DNA from: a virus
Virus record (IMG/VR): IMGVR_UViG_3300045988_084814
Reading direction: 5' to 3' (one strand)
DNA length: 58,083 bases
In this document: one piece after another, positions 1-7,196 of the stretch
How the letters are laid out: the number at the start of each line of letters is the position of its first letter
Position numbering within the stretch: position 1 is the stretch's first letter
Notes under the pieces: generated by a model
What the model was told of the DNA's origin: nothing
What the model saw: only the letters and a program-made list of their open reading frames with translations
Databases searched by the model: none
Translations under genes and position numbers: made by a program

Positions 1-55
1 CTCTCACGGGAACAAATACAAAAATTAGACTTAGTAACTCAAACAATATTGTTTA
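1..55. repeat. Terminal direct repeat copy 1, identical to 58029-58083 (circular-assembly overlap)
   Basis: The first 55 nt (ctctcacggg...caatattgttta) recur exactly as the last 55 nt of the window. Confidence 0.95.
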
Positions 56-88
56 GCGTTATTGAGGATGTATTAGAGGAGAGAGAAC

Positions 89-613
89 ATGATAAACAAT
101 CCTTATCAACCACAGATGATGACTTATACGCCAGGTTATAACGCATATCCATATAACCCGATGCAAAGATTTCAGGAACAACAGTTACCGCAACAGCCAG
201 TTCAACAAGTACCACAACAGCAGAATTTACAGATACAAGCAGGGATAAATGGTAGAATGGTGGCAGCAGTTGAACAAATTGCGGCTAATGATGTACCTAT
301 GGATGGAAGTGTCGCATTTTTTCCTAAACAAGACTTGACGGAAATTTATGCAAAACAATGGGGTGCAGACGGCTCAATAAAAACAGTCGTGTATAAACCT
401 TATACAGAGCCTAAAAACAGTCAAGGCATAAATAATACAGAAAATATCGAAAACTTGAAAATTGACCTATCAGACGAAAGCACAGCGGTATTTATGCAGA
501 AGTTTGATGAGATTTTTAATAAATTTGACGAGTTAGAAAACAAAATGTGTAAAAGTGCTACTTCTCAAAGGAAAACTTCGACTTTAAAAAAGGAGGGCGG
601 TGTAAATGAATAA
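89..613 (+). CDS. Hypothetical protein with a P/Q/Y/N-rich low-complexity N-terminus
   Basis: 174-aa ORF with SD GAGGAG upstream of the ATG. The first ~50 aa are Pro/Gln/Tyr-rich, followed by a globular half. No motif recognised. Confidence 0.6.
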   Translation: MINNPYQPQMMTYTPGYNAYPYNPMQRFQEQQLPQQPVQQVPQQQNLQIQAGINGRMVAAVEQIAANDVPMDGSVAFFPKQDLTEIYAKQWGADGSIKTVVYKPYTEPKNSQGINNTENIENLKIDLSDESTAVFMQKFDEIFNKFDELENKMCKSATSQRKTSTLKKEGGVNE

Positions 614-836
614 TCAGATTATGCAGATGTTAAATCAGATTAAAAATATAAAAAATCCAAAAGAAGCCGCTATGAAAACATTAGAGCAAGCGGCAAATCA
701 AGGAAATCCCATGGCAAAAAATATGTTGCAAAAAATAAACAGTGGCGACATGAATGGAGCACAGCAAATTCTTGGTAATTTTATGAATGAGCAAGGATTA
801 AATATACAGGAAATTCAAAAACAAATTCAAAAATAG
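606..836 (+). CDS. Small helical N/Q/K-rich hypothetical protein
   Basis: 76-aa ORF with SD GGAGGG. It overlaps the upstream gene end by 8 nt, suggesting translational coupling. Confidence 0.55.
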   Translation: MNNQIMQMLNQIKNIKNPKEAAMKTLEQAANQGNPMAKNMLQKINSGDMNGAQQILGNFMNEQGLNIQEIQKQIQK

Positions 837-912
837 TACATATTAGGGTTTTGTCCGGACAATAAAAACCAGTTCCCTATTTTGTAAATAAATCAAATGG
901 AGGTAAACTAAT

Positions 913-1692
913 ATGTTTAACAACGGAGTTAGCCTTGCCGATATTGCGGCAGTAACAGGCAATAACAGAAACAATGATGGTATGTGGGGAGACGGTGCAT
1001 GGTGGATTGTCATTCTTCTTATTTTCGGCTGGGGTGGTTTTGGTAACAACGGCTGGGGTAACGGTAATGGAATGGGTTCTACTGCCGCCGCTTATACAGA
1101 CAGTGCTATTCAGCGTGGCTTTGATAATCAGACTGTTGTTTCAAAACTTGATGGCATTTCTAACGGACTTTGTGACGGTTTCTATGCTATGAACAACAGT
1201 ATGCTTACCGGCTTTAATGGTATTAACACAAATATCATGCAGACTGGCTATGGCATACAGCAGGCTATTAACGCTGATACAGTCGCTAATATGCAAAATA
1301 CCAATGCTTTACAGTCACAGATTGCTAACTGCTGCTGTGAGACGAGAGAAGCAATCCAAGGTGTAAACTACAACATGGCTACTAATACCTGTGCTTTACA
1401 GAACACCATGAACAATAATACAAGAGATATTATTGACAGCCAGCAGGCAGGAACAAGAGCAATTCTTGACTTCCTGACAAATGACAAGATTGCAACCTTA
1501 CAGGCAGAAAATAACGATTTGAGAAGAGCTGCTTCACAGGATAGACAGAATGCACTTCTGACTACTGCAATGACAGCACAGACACAGCAGATTGTCAACT
1601 CTGTAAATCCTACAGCTATTCCAGCCTATGTTGTGCCTAATCCTAATGCTTATGCTTATGGATGCGGATGTAATACGGGGTGTGGTTGCTGA
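913..1692 (+). CDS. Membrane-anchored Gly/Asn/Gln-rich protein with a CCCE motif and a GCGCNTGCGC C-terminus
   Basis: 259-aa ORF with SD GGAGGT. One TM-like helix (WWIVILLIFGWGGF) sits in a G/N/W-rich context. The body is N/Q-rich and coiled-coil-like, with a Cys-Gly tail. Confidence 0.6.
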   Translation: MFNNGVSLADIAAVTGNNRNNDGMWGDGAWWIVILLIFGWGGFGNNGWGNGNGMGSTAAAYTDSAIQRGFDNQTVVSKLDGISNGLCDGFYAMNNSMLTGFNGINTNIMQTGYGIQQAINADTVANMQNTNALQSQIANCCCETREAIQGVNYNMATNTCALQNTMNNNTRDIIDSQQAGTRAILDFLTNDKIATLQAENNDLRRAASQDRQNALLTTAMTAQTQQIVNSVNPTAIPAYVVPNPNAYAYGCGCNTGCGC

Positions 1693-1909
1693 TGGAAGAA
1701 GAGTGTGATGATTTTACTTTTCTTATACTGATGTTTTTTATTTTTGGCATTGGAGAGGAAAGCTTAACCGAAAAAATAAAAGCTTTCAAAAAGGCTTAAA
1801 ACAATAAAGTATCTTAATTAAGTTTAACTCGTTTTTAATTTGGCATTAACGAATTAAAACAAGATTTAAACGAGATTATGTCTGCTAAGCAGTATTACTT
1901 ACAAACACA

Positions 1910-1941
1910 AAGGGCAGGCTATAATGTTTGCCCTTATTTTT
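1910..1941 (+). terminator. Rho-independent terminator
   Basis: Stem AAGGGCA/TGCCCTT with a 12-nt loop, followed by ATTTTT. Confidence 0.6.
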
Positions 1942-1961
1942 ATGAAAGAGAGGTAAAAATA

Positions 1962-2381
1962 ATGGAAATTACAGGAATTGCGTTACAAACAGTTGCCGCC
2001 GGCGAAGATGTTGCGTTCACAGAAACACCGGTATGCGGTAGTAAGTGTATCGTACACAGACAGGGTAGCGGAATTATCAAGTTAAGAGGTATTACAAATC
2101 AGTGCAAGGCAAGATTCCTTGTATCGTATTCCGGCAACATTCAGATACCTACAGGAGGCACAGTTGGAGAGGTTTCACTTGCAATCGCGGTTGACGGAGA
2201 GCCTTTACAGTCTACAAGAATGGTCGTTACACCAGCCGCAGTTGAGAATTTATTTAACGTATCAGCACAGGCATACGTTGATGTGCCTTGTGGTTGTTGC
2301 AGTACAGTAGCGGTGCAAAATACATCTACACAGGCTATTGAAGTACAGAATAGTAACTTAATTGCTGTTCGTGAAGCGTAA
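1962..2381 (+). CDS. BclA C-terminal-domain-like (C1q/TNF-like jelly-roll) protein
   Basis: This is an internal ATG of the 1878 ORF, preceded by SD AGAGAGGT and lying just after the terminator. 139 aa. The beta-rich pattern ALQTVAAGEDVAF...FLVSYSGNIQIPTGG...LAIAVDGEPL...VAVQNTS...NSNLIAV resembles Firmicutes exosporium and fibre-tip domains. Family call is from recall only. Confidence 0.5.
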   Translation: MEITGIALQTVAAGEDVAFTETPVCGSKCIVHRQGSGIIKLRGITNQCKARFLVSYSGNIQIPTGGTVGEVSLAIAVDGEPLQSTRMVVTPAAVENLFNVSAQAYVDVPCGCCSTVAVQNTSTQAIEVQNSNLIAVREA

Positions 2382-2394
2382 AGGGGGTGTGAGT

Positions 2395-3075
2395 ATGCAC
2401 ATTGAAAGAATGCATAAAATGATTGAATGCTTAACAGAAAAAGCATTATGTGAATTTGACAAAGGTGTTGAAAATATTGATACTTGCGAGATGGGGCAAG
2501 TCGTAGATATGATAAAAGACTTAAACGAAGCAGAATACAAAGCTGTTATTGTTAAAAGCATGAAAGAAGCAGACGAGGAAGAAAAAGAGTATGACAAGGA
2601 ATTACTCAGAACCTTCAAGGCTGAATACGGCGAAGAGGGCGGAAGAAGATATTATGACGCTTACCGCTATGCAAACGGCAGATTCGCCCCAAAAGGTCGT
2701 GGAACACGCAGAGGATATGAAGAACCGCCATATTATCATATGTACCCTTATGACGATATGGAACACATGAGGGACATGGATAGGGATGATAGAGGAAAGA
2801 TGTATTACAGCGAACCTGCAGGCAATGTGAGTGGTAGCAATAATATGTCAAGAAACTACTCTGAAAGCAACTATGACAGAGCGAAACGCAACTATACAGA
2901 AACAAAAGAGTTACACAAAGGGAACACTCAGGAAGATAAAGAGCATAAGATGAAATCCCTTGACGGTTATATGAAAGAGTTGTCAACAGACATTAAACAC
3001 TTGCTTGGCGACATGACCGCAGAGGAGAAAAATCTTTTAAGAACACAACTTAGTACGCTTGTTTCTAAGATTTGA
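2395..3075 (+). CDS. Hypothetical highly charged protein with a Y/R/D/M-rich central segment
   Basis: ATG preceded by SD AAGGGGG. 226 aa. No motif recognised. Confidence 0.6.
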   Translation: MHIERMHKMIECLTEKALCEFDKGVENIDTCEMGQVVDMIKDLNEAEYKAVIVKSMKEADEEEKEYDKELLRTFKAEYGEEGGRRYYDAYRYANGRFAPKGRGTRRGYEEPPYYHMYPYDDMEHMRDMDRDDRGKMYYSEPAGNVSGSNNMSRNYSESNYDRAKRNYTETKELHKGNTQEDKEHKMKSLDGYMKELSTDIKHLLGDMTAEEKNLLRTQLSTLVSKI

Positions 3076-3099
3076 GAATAATATTTTCCGACAATCTAG

Positions 3100-3132
3100 G
3101 GCTATAGATAGCAATATCTGTAGCCTGTTTTT
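3100..3132 (+). terminator. Rho-independent terminator
   Basis: 11-bp stem GGCTATAGATA/TATCTGTAGCC (one G.U pair) with a GCAA loop, then TGTTTTT. Confidence 0.7.
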
Positions 3133-3165
3133 AAATAATAAAATCAATGTTTGTGAGGTGATTTT

Positions 3166-3486
3166 ATGTTTATAATAAATAATATAATGTGGCAAATTGC
3201 ATTTGTGCCAAGCGGCAGTAATAAACTTATGCGTTCTGACGGTTCTATTAGCCTTGCTGTGACCGATTTTAATGACAAGACGGTATATGTATCAGATAAT
3301 GTAAAAAACGGCTATTTACGCAAAGTAATGGCTCATGAATTATGCCATTGTTTTTGTTTCAGTTACAACATATATATGCCTATTCAGCAAGAGGAATATT
3401 TGGCTGACTGGATAAGCTTGTATGGTGCAAACTTGATATATTTGCTTGATGATTTGATGATAACTTTAACAAGGAGTATAGCATGA
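3166..3486 (+). CDS. Small HExxH protein (putative zinc metallopeptidase-like)
   Basis: SD GAGGTG. 106 aa with a single HExxH motif (MAHELCHC). Confidence 0.45.
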   Translation: MFIINNIMWQIAFVPSGSNKLMRSDGSISLAVTDFNDKTVYVSDNVKNGYLRKVMAHELCHCFCFSYNIYMPIQQEEYLADWISLYGANLIYLLDDLMITLTRSIA

Positions 3487-3641
3487 TAAAGGACTTATTA
3501 AGGCAGATACAAAAGACAAACCCTGACATGACAGTAGAAAAACTTATATCTGAGATACGATACAGTGACTATTTAACAACAGCATTGATGATAAGTAAAG
3601 GAATTGCCAGTAAAGAAGAAAACTGCTATAATAGCAAATAA
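3483..3641 (+). CDS. Small hypothetical protein (52 aa)
   Basis: Below the ORF-track size cutoff. Its start overlaps the upstream stop as ATGA. Confidence 0.35.
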   Translation: MIKDLLRQIQKTNPDMTVEKLISEIRYSDYLTTALMISKGIASKEENCYNSK

Positions 3642-3655
3642 AAAGGAGTTTTAGC

Positions 3656-3910
3656 ATGGCAATAACAGGAACAAAGGGTGTACAAATATCATATGAGTGT
3701 GACGACTTGATAGAAAGTCTTAAACTTGATATATCAGAGTATGGCAAGAGTTGCAGGGTTTACGCAATATCTGAAATGATGCAGGGAGTGGAAATCTATA
3801 CCGGTTATGAATACACAGACAGAATACAGTTAAAGCGCGGGCAAAAATATACGCTTATGTCAGCCGGTCAGCTTATGGATATTTTACAGAAACAAAATTC
3901 GATATTGTAA
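3656..3910 (+). CDS. Hypothetical protein
   Basis: 84-aa ORF with SD AAGGAG. Confidence 0.55.
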   Translation: MAITGTKGVQISYECDDLIESLKLDISEYGKSCRVYAISEMMQGVEIYTGYEYTDRIQLKRGQKYTLMSAGQLMDILQKQNSIL

Positions 3911-4039
3911 ATACTTGTTAAGTGTGGTATTATAGAATTACAAGATAAGTTTAAAATGCTTGTCTTGTAAGTTTTGCATAATATATAGATGACAGTATGT
4001 GCGTGTGAATGTGCAAACTGCCGAAAGTGAGGTGACAAC

Positions 4040-4705
4040 ATGAGCAGTCCCGAAAATGATTTTATCGTTGTGAACACAAAGGAAGATGTCTTAAAAGAAC
4101 GGTATATTGCTGGTGCTGATTTAGTCGGCAAATATGGATTTCCACAATTAAATCCAGTTTATGCATACTTGGAAGATATTGAGCCAGTACCGTTCAATCT
4201 TGCAAGTAAAGAAAAGCATCCAAAAAATTGCGTTTGCCATTTTTTTATAGATGATGTACGGTTTGAGCGACTTTGGAACAATCCAAGTAAATACATGGAT
4301 ATACTGAAAAACTTTAAGTATGTATGCGGTCCCGACTTTACTTTCTATGATGATATGCCACTTGCATTGAAAATATGGCAGATATACAGAAGTCGGGCAT
4401 TAAACTATTGCTTAAGTCGAGCCGGTTTAAAGATTATCCCAGCTGTAGGCTGGGGAAGTGAAGAAACATATAACTATTGTTTTGATGGTTTACCGACACA
4501 CTCCACGCTTGCGGTATCGACAAACGGATGCTTTTCAGCAGAGGGGAAAGAATGTTATAGAAAAGGATTTAAAGAAATGTGCAGGCGATTGGAGCCGAAA
4601 CAAGTTGTTGTCTTTGGCTCTCTAATTGATGTAGATGTTGATGTAGATATTATTTACAAGTCAAGCTACTGGCAACAAATGAGTGAGCGATTGAAAAAGA
4701 GGTGA
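4040..4705 (+). CDS. DUF4417-like protein
   Basis: SD GAGGTG. The pattern HFFIDDVRFERLW...PDFTFYDDMP...IPAVGWG...STLAVSTNG matches the DUF4417 family as I recall it. Confidence 0.55.
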   Translation: MSSPENDFIVVNTKEDVLKERYIAGADLVGKYGFPQLNPVYAYLEDIEPVPFNLASKEKHPKNCVCHFFIDDVRFERLWNNPSKYMDILKNFKYVCGPDFTFYDDMPLALKIWQIYRSRALNYCLSRAGLKIIPAVGWGSEETYNYCFDGLPTHSTLAVSTNGCFSAEGKECYRKGFKEMCRRLEPKQVVVFGSLIDVDVDVDIIYKSSYWQQMSERLKKR

Positions 4706-4709
4706 TTTG

Positions 4710-4856
4710 ATGGGTAGCAGGAGTGGAAACAAACGAACTGGATATATTTATACGCCCGGCTTAAAAAAGATAAGCTATACCGAGAAAAAAGGCGGCATCA
4801 CTATCGTAAAAACAAGATATAAATTCTTAAAGCAACGGCGGTCAAGGAGCAAATAA
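4710..4856 (+). CDS. Small basic hypothetical protein (48 aa)
   Basis: SD GAGGTG 5 nt upstream of the ATG. K/R-rich. Confidence 0.35.
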   Translation: MGSRSGNKRTGYIYTPGLKKISYTEKKGGITIVKTRYKFLKQRRSRSK

Positions 4857-4956
4857 CGGCTATATAATGCTTATTATGTGCAAGGATATAAAAAAACAAG
4901 GCTAAGAAGTAAAACGGCTATATGAGGCTGTAGCAAAGAGATGAACAGACACAAAA

Positions 4957-4987
4957 AAAGAGACTTTTTACAGTCTCTTTTCTTTTC
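4957..4987. terminator. Bidirectional terminator between convergent genes
   Basis: Stem AAAGAGACT/AGTCTCTTT, flanked by an A-run on one side and a T-run on the other. Confidence 0.7.
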
Positions 4988-5077
4988 CAAAATGTGGCTA
5001 TTAAATACAATTACTAAATATAAACTATTATTTACATCGTATTTATTTTATATTAGTTTTAACTTAATGTCAAGACC

Positions 5078-5779
5078 TTAAACGAAAAAAACTGGGTTAT
5101 CGTTATCAAAAAGGTTGCAAAAAATTTTAGTATCCTTATCAATATATCGGCATCTCACTTTATTAAACTTTCTAAATCCTTTTTTAGTATATTCATATTT
5201 TTTATTTATATTATATGATATGCTACACAAATCGTCAGGTACAAAAATCTCAGGAACATAAGCATCTTTTTTTAATATCCCTATTTCGTTCTTTTGTTGT
5301 AACTCAACAATTTCAACATCATCAACTCGTAACAAATCTTCATAACGCCCTAATGACAAAAATTTGCGTGGAAATTTCAAAGATGTATAGACCACTTCAA
5401 GGTCATCATCATCTACAGTTTGTATATAAATTTCAAGTTGTAAATTTGCTAAATAATAAAATGTTTTAGGCGATTGAACCCAGCCGGTATAACTGTTGAC
5501 GTTTTCATCTTCGACGATTACAGACCACCTTTTTTTGATTTCTTCTGTGATTGTCTTAAATTTCGCACCGCCTTGCCATTGCATTTTTAGCTCTTTATTT
5601 ATGTAACCTTTTCCCGATATAAAAAAATTCATATTGTGATATTCATGCCAGCCGCAGGCGTTATGTACCATACCTGACACTGTGGAAAATGGTGGCAAGG
5701 GCAAAATCTCAGGAGAGCAAGACAAACTTACAGGAAACCTTGCGGTTTCCATGTAAGCGTTTAATTTAACTGCTTTCAT
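5078..5779 (-). CDS. Solitary Cas5-like (RAMP) protein resembling subtype I-B Cas5
   Basis: Start is the MKAVKL ATG with SD AGAGGT. The N-terminus KAVKLNAYMETARFP...PLPPFSTVSGMVHNACG matches the Cas5 signature (PxPPxST-h-G-h). LSLGRYEDLLRVDDVEIVEL matches the Cas5 LGRxED strand. No other cas gene or CRISPR array is present in the genome. Confidence 0.55.
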   Translation of the reverse strand: MKAVKLNAYMETARFPVSLSCSPEILPLPPFSTVSGMVHNACGWHEYHNMNFFISGKGYINKELKMQWQGGAKFKTITEEIKKRWSVIVEDENVNSYTGWVQSPKTFYYLANLQLEIYIQTVDDDDLEVVYTSLKFPRKFLSLGRYEDLLRVDDVEIVELQQKNEIGILKKDAYVPEIFVPDDLCSISYNINKKYEYTKKGFRKFNKVRCRYIDKDTKIFCNLFDNDNPVFFV

Positions 5780-5789
5780 TGATTTACCT

Positions 5790-5981
5790 CTATTCTGCTT
5801 CACATTCAAAACCTAAAAGAATATCTTTATAAAGTTCTTCACTGATATTCTCTTCTAAAAGAGGTTTTCTATTCTCAAATCCAAGTTCCGCATCAAGTGA
5901 AGCGTCAATTCCCTCTAATGCTTTTTCTCTGCTAAATCCCAACTCCATAACCTCATTTAATAAATCAATAGTTTTTTTCAT
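5790..5981 (-). CDS. Small, very acidic hypothetical protein (63 aa)
   Basis: ATG with SD AAGGTG. It ends 11 nt before the Cas5-like start. D/E-rich throughout and ends in ECEAE. Confidence 0.5.
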   Translation of the reverse strand: MKKTIDLLNEVMELGFSREKALEGIDASLDAELGFENRKPLLEENISEELYKDILLGFECEAE

Positions 5982-6017
5982 AATAGTCACCTTTTAACCT
6001 TTCTTTTATTTTTTATA

Positions 6018-6046
6018 ATTATATCTTTTATAGTGATGTTTTTCAA
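6018..6046 (-). promoter_or_regulatory. Sigma-A-type promoter for the acidic protein and Cas5-like gene pair
   Basis: On the minus strand: TTGAAA, 17-nt spacer, TATAAT. Confidence 0.6.
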
Positions 6047-6217
6047 TTACCAAAAAATTATATTTCCTTTTTTGTCCACATTGTAATGCCACCATTTGCC
6101 CGACTGATACATGATACAAACATTACCGTTTTCGTCAATCCATGTTTTTTTAATTTTGCCGTGTTCCCAGTTTGATGTTTGGGAACGATGAAAATTGTAA
6201 AGTTCTTCTGCTGCCAT
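6047..6217 (-). CDS. Small hypothetical protein (56 aa)
   Basis: SD GGAGGG. Below the ORF-track cutoff. Sequence MAAEELYNF...KWWHYNVDKKGNIIFW. Confidence 0.45.
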   Translation of the reverse strand: MAAEELYNFHRSQTSNWEHGKIKKTWIDENGNVCIMYQSGKWWHYNVDKKGNIIFW

Positions 6218-6243
6218 CTTTTTGCCCTCCTAATTTTATTTTA

Positions 6244-6285
6244 GAGCAAGCCGGGGAATCGAACCCCGGAAGTGCCGACCTTGCT
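6244..6285 (-). ncRNA. tRNA-like acceptor/T-arm minihelix (no D or anticodon arm)
   Basis: Minus strand reads AGCAAGG-TCGGCACTTC-CGGGG-TTCGATT-CCCCG-GCTTGCT-C. That is 6 of 7 acceptor pairs, a 5-bp T stem and a consensus T loop. It starts 1 nt after the upstream stop codon. Confidence 0.5.
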
Positions 6286-6286
6286 A

Positions 6287-6727
6287 TTAAATTGCTTCTT
6301 TTTCTTTGCTAATTTCTGCCGCAATTATTCCCTGCTCGAGAAAGTAACGAAGTGCGCTATCGCCGAAACGCTGTATATAATATTCCGCAAGCTCCGAAGT
6401 GCTAAAAGCATCTAACGCTGTGCCGACATCGCTATATATTCCGCTATATGTTCTTCGTCTACTTGAAAGTGCCTTATCAACTGGATTTTTTAACTCTTCA
6501 TCTTTAACTCCTACAAGCCTATCAGCTCGCATTGTTCTAGTGTGTTCGTTTCCGCTCTCGTCGGAAATAATAACGCATTTAACGCTTTTTCCACTTTTTG
6601 TTAGCTCTACGCTTTTGACTGTGGAAGTGTAACCAAAATTCCAAACCGTAATCATTCCCGGCTTTAATTCTGCCGCCGGAATTGCTTTTTGCGGTGTGTG
6701 TATTCCTTGTAATTTAATTGTTCTCAT
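6287..6727 (-). CDS. Hypothetical protein
   Basis: Start placed at MRTIKL with SD GAAAGGA. The track ORF begins 12 nt upstream, inside the SD. Confidence 0.6.
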   Translation of the reverse strand: MRTIKLQGIHTPQKAIPAAELKPGMITVWNFGYTSTVKSVELTKSGKSVKCVIISDESGNEHTRTMRADRLVGVKDEELKNPVDKALSSRRRTYSGIYSDVGTALDAFSTSELAEYYIQRFGDSALRYFLEQGIIAAEISKEKEAI

Positions 6728-6750
6728 AGTATCAACCATCCTTTCATTGT

Positions 6751-6812
6751 GTGCCCTGTCTCGTCAGTGCAGGTGGGGCAATTCCTACAGACCGCCGCGT
6801 GGCGGTTTCGAC
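6751..6812 (-). ncRNA. Hammerhead ribozyme, type II topology
   Basis: Minus strand reads GUC-GAAA-CCGCC(ACGC)GGCGG-UC^UGUAGG(AAUUGCCCCA)CCUGCA-CUGACGA-GACAGGGCAC. All invariant core positions are present. Stems I and III are closed and stem II is open. Loop I UGCCC is complementary to GGGCA in the 3' tail. Confidence 0.75.
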
Positions 6813-7147
6813 TAAAAGTCAATGCTTGTATATACTTCTAATATCTCACGCCATTTGTTTTCCTTATCACAATCAAAATTAAGGTCTTTAATATGGAAAA
6901 TTGCATATTCTCCATAATTCTCTCTTAAATCTTGCAACTGATTGTACACTGTTTCAAATTCTTCTAAGTCATCAATATTGAGAATATAACGCTTGTGTTC
7001 CGGGTTGCGAATTATGTAATTTTCTTTCGCTTGAACATATGACGAAAATAATGCTTCAACTTTAACTTTGCTTTTTCTGTCATCCTGTGTTTTTCTATCA
7101 ATCATGTAAACAACTGCCCATTTCATAAAATCTGTATAACTCTTCAT
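6812..7147 (-). CDS. Hypothetical protein
   Basis: First gene of the minus-strand operon. Start placed at MKSYTD with a GGTGA SD; the track start is at 7159. Confidence 0.6.
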   Translation of the reverse strand: MKSYTDFMKWAVVYMIDRKTQDDRKSKVKVEALFSSYVQAKENYIIRNPEHKRYILNIDDLEEFETVYNQLQDLRENYGEYAIFHIKDLNFDCDKENKWREILEVYTSIDF

Positions 7148-7196
7148 ATCAATCACCATAACCTTTCTTGCTATTCGCTTTCCTTATGTTGTATAT

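Noticed and set aside
1878-1961. N-terminal extension of the BclA-C-like ORF (track start at 1878).
   Set aside because: The extension spans a rho-independent terminator (1910-1941) and lacks an SD. The internal ATG at 1962 has AGAGAGGT upstream.
6244-6285. Interpreting the minihelix as the attP core (3' end of a host tRNA gene).
   Set aside because: This cannot be excluded without the host genome. However, the presence of a complementary 5' acceptor strand, a second similar element at 11118-11164, and the distance from the recombinase gene all argue against a simple att remnant.
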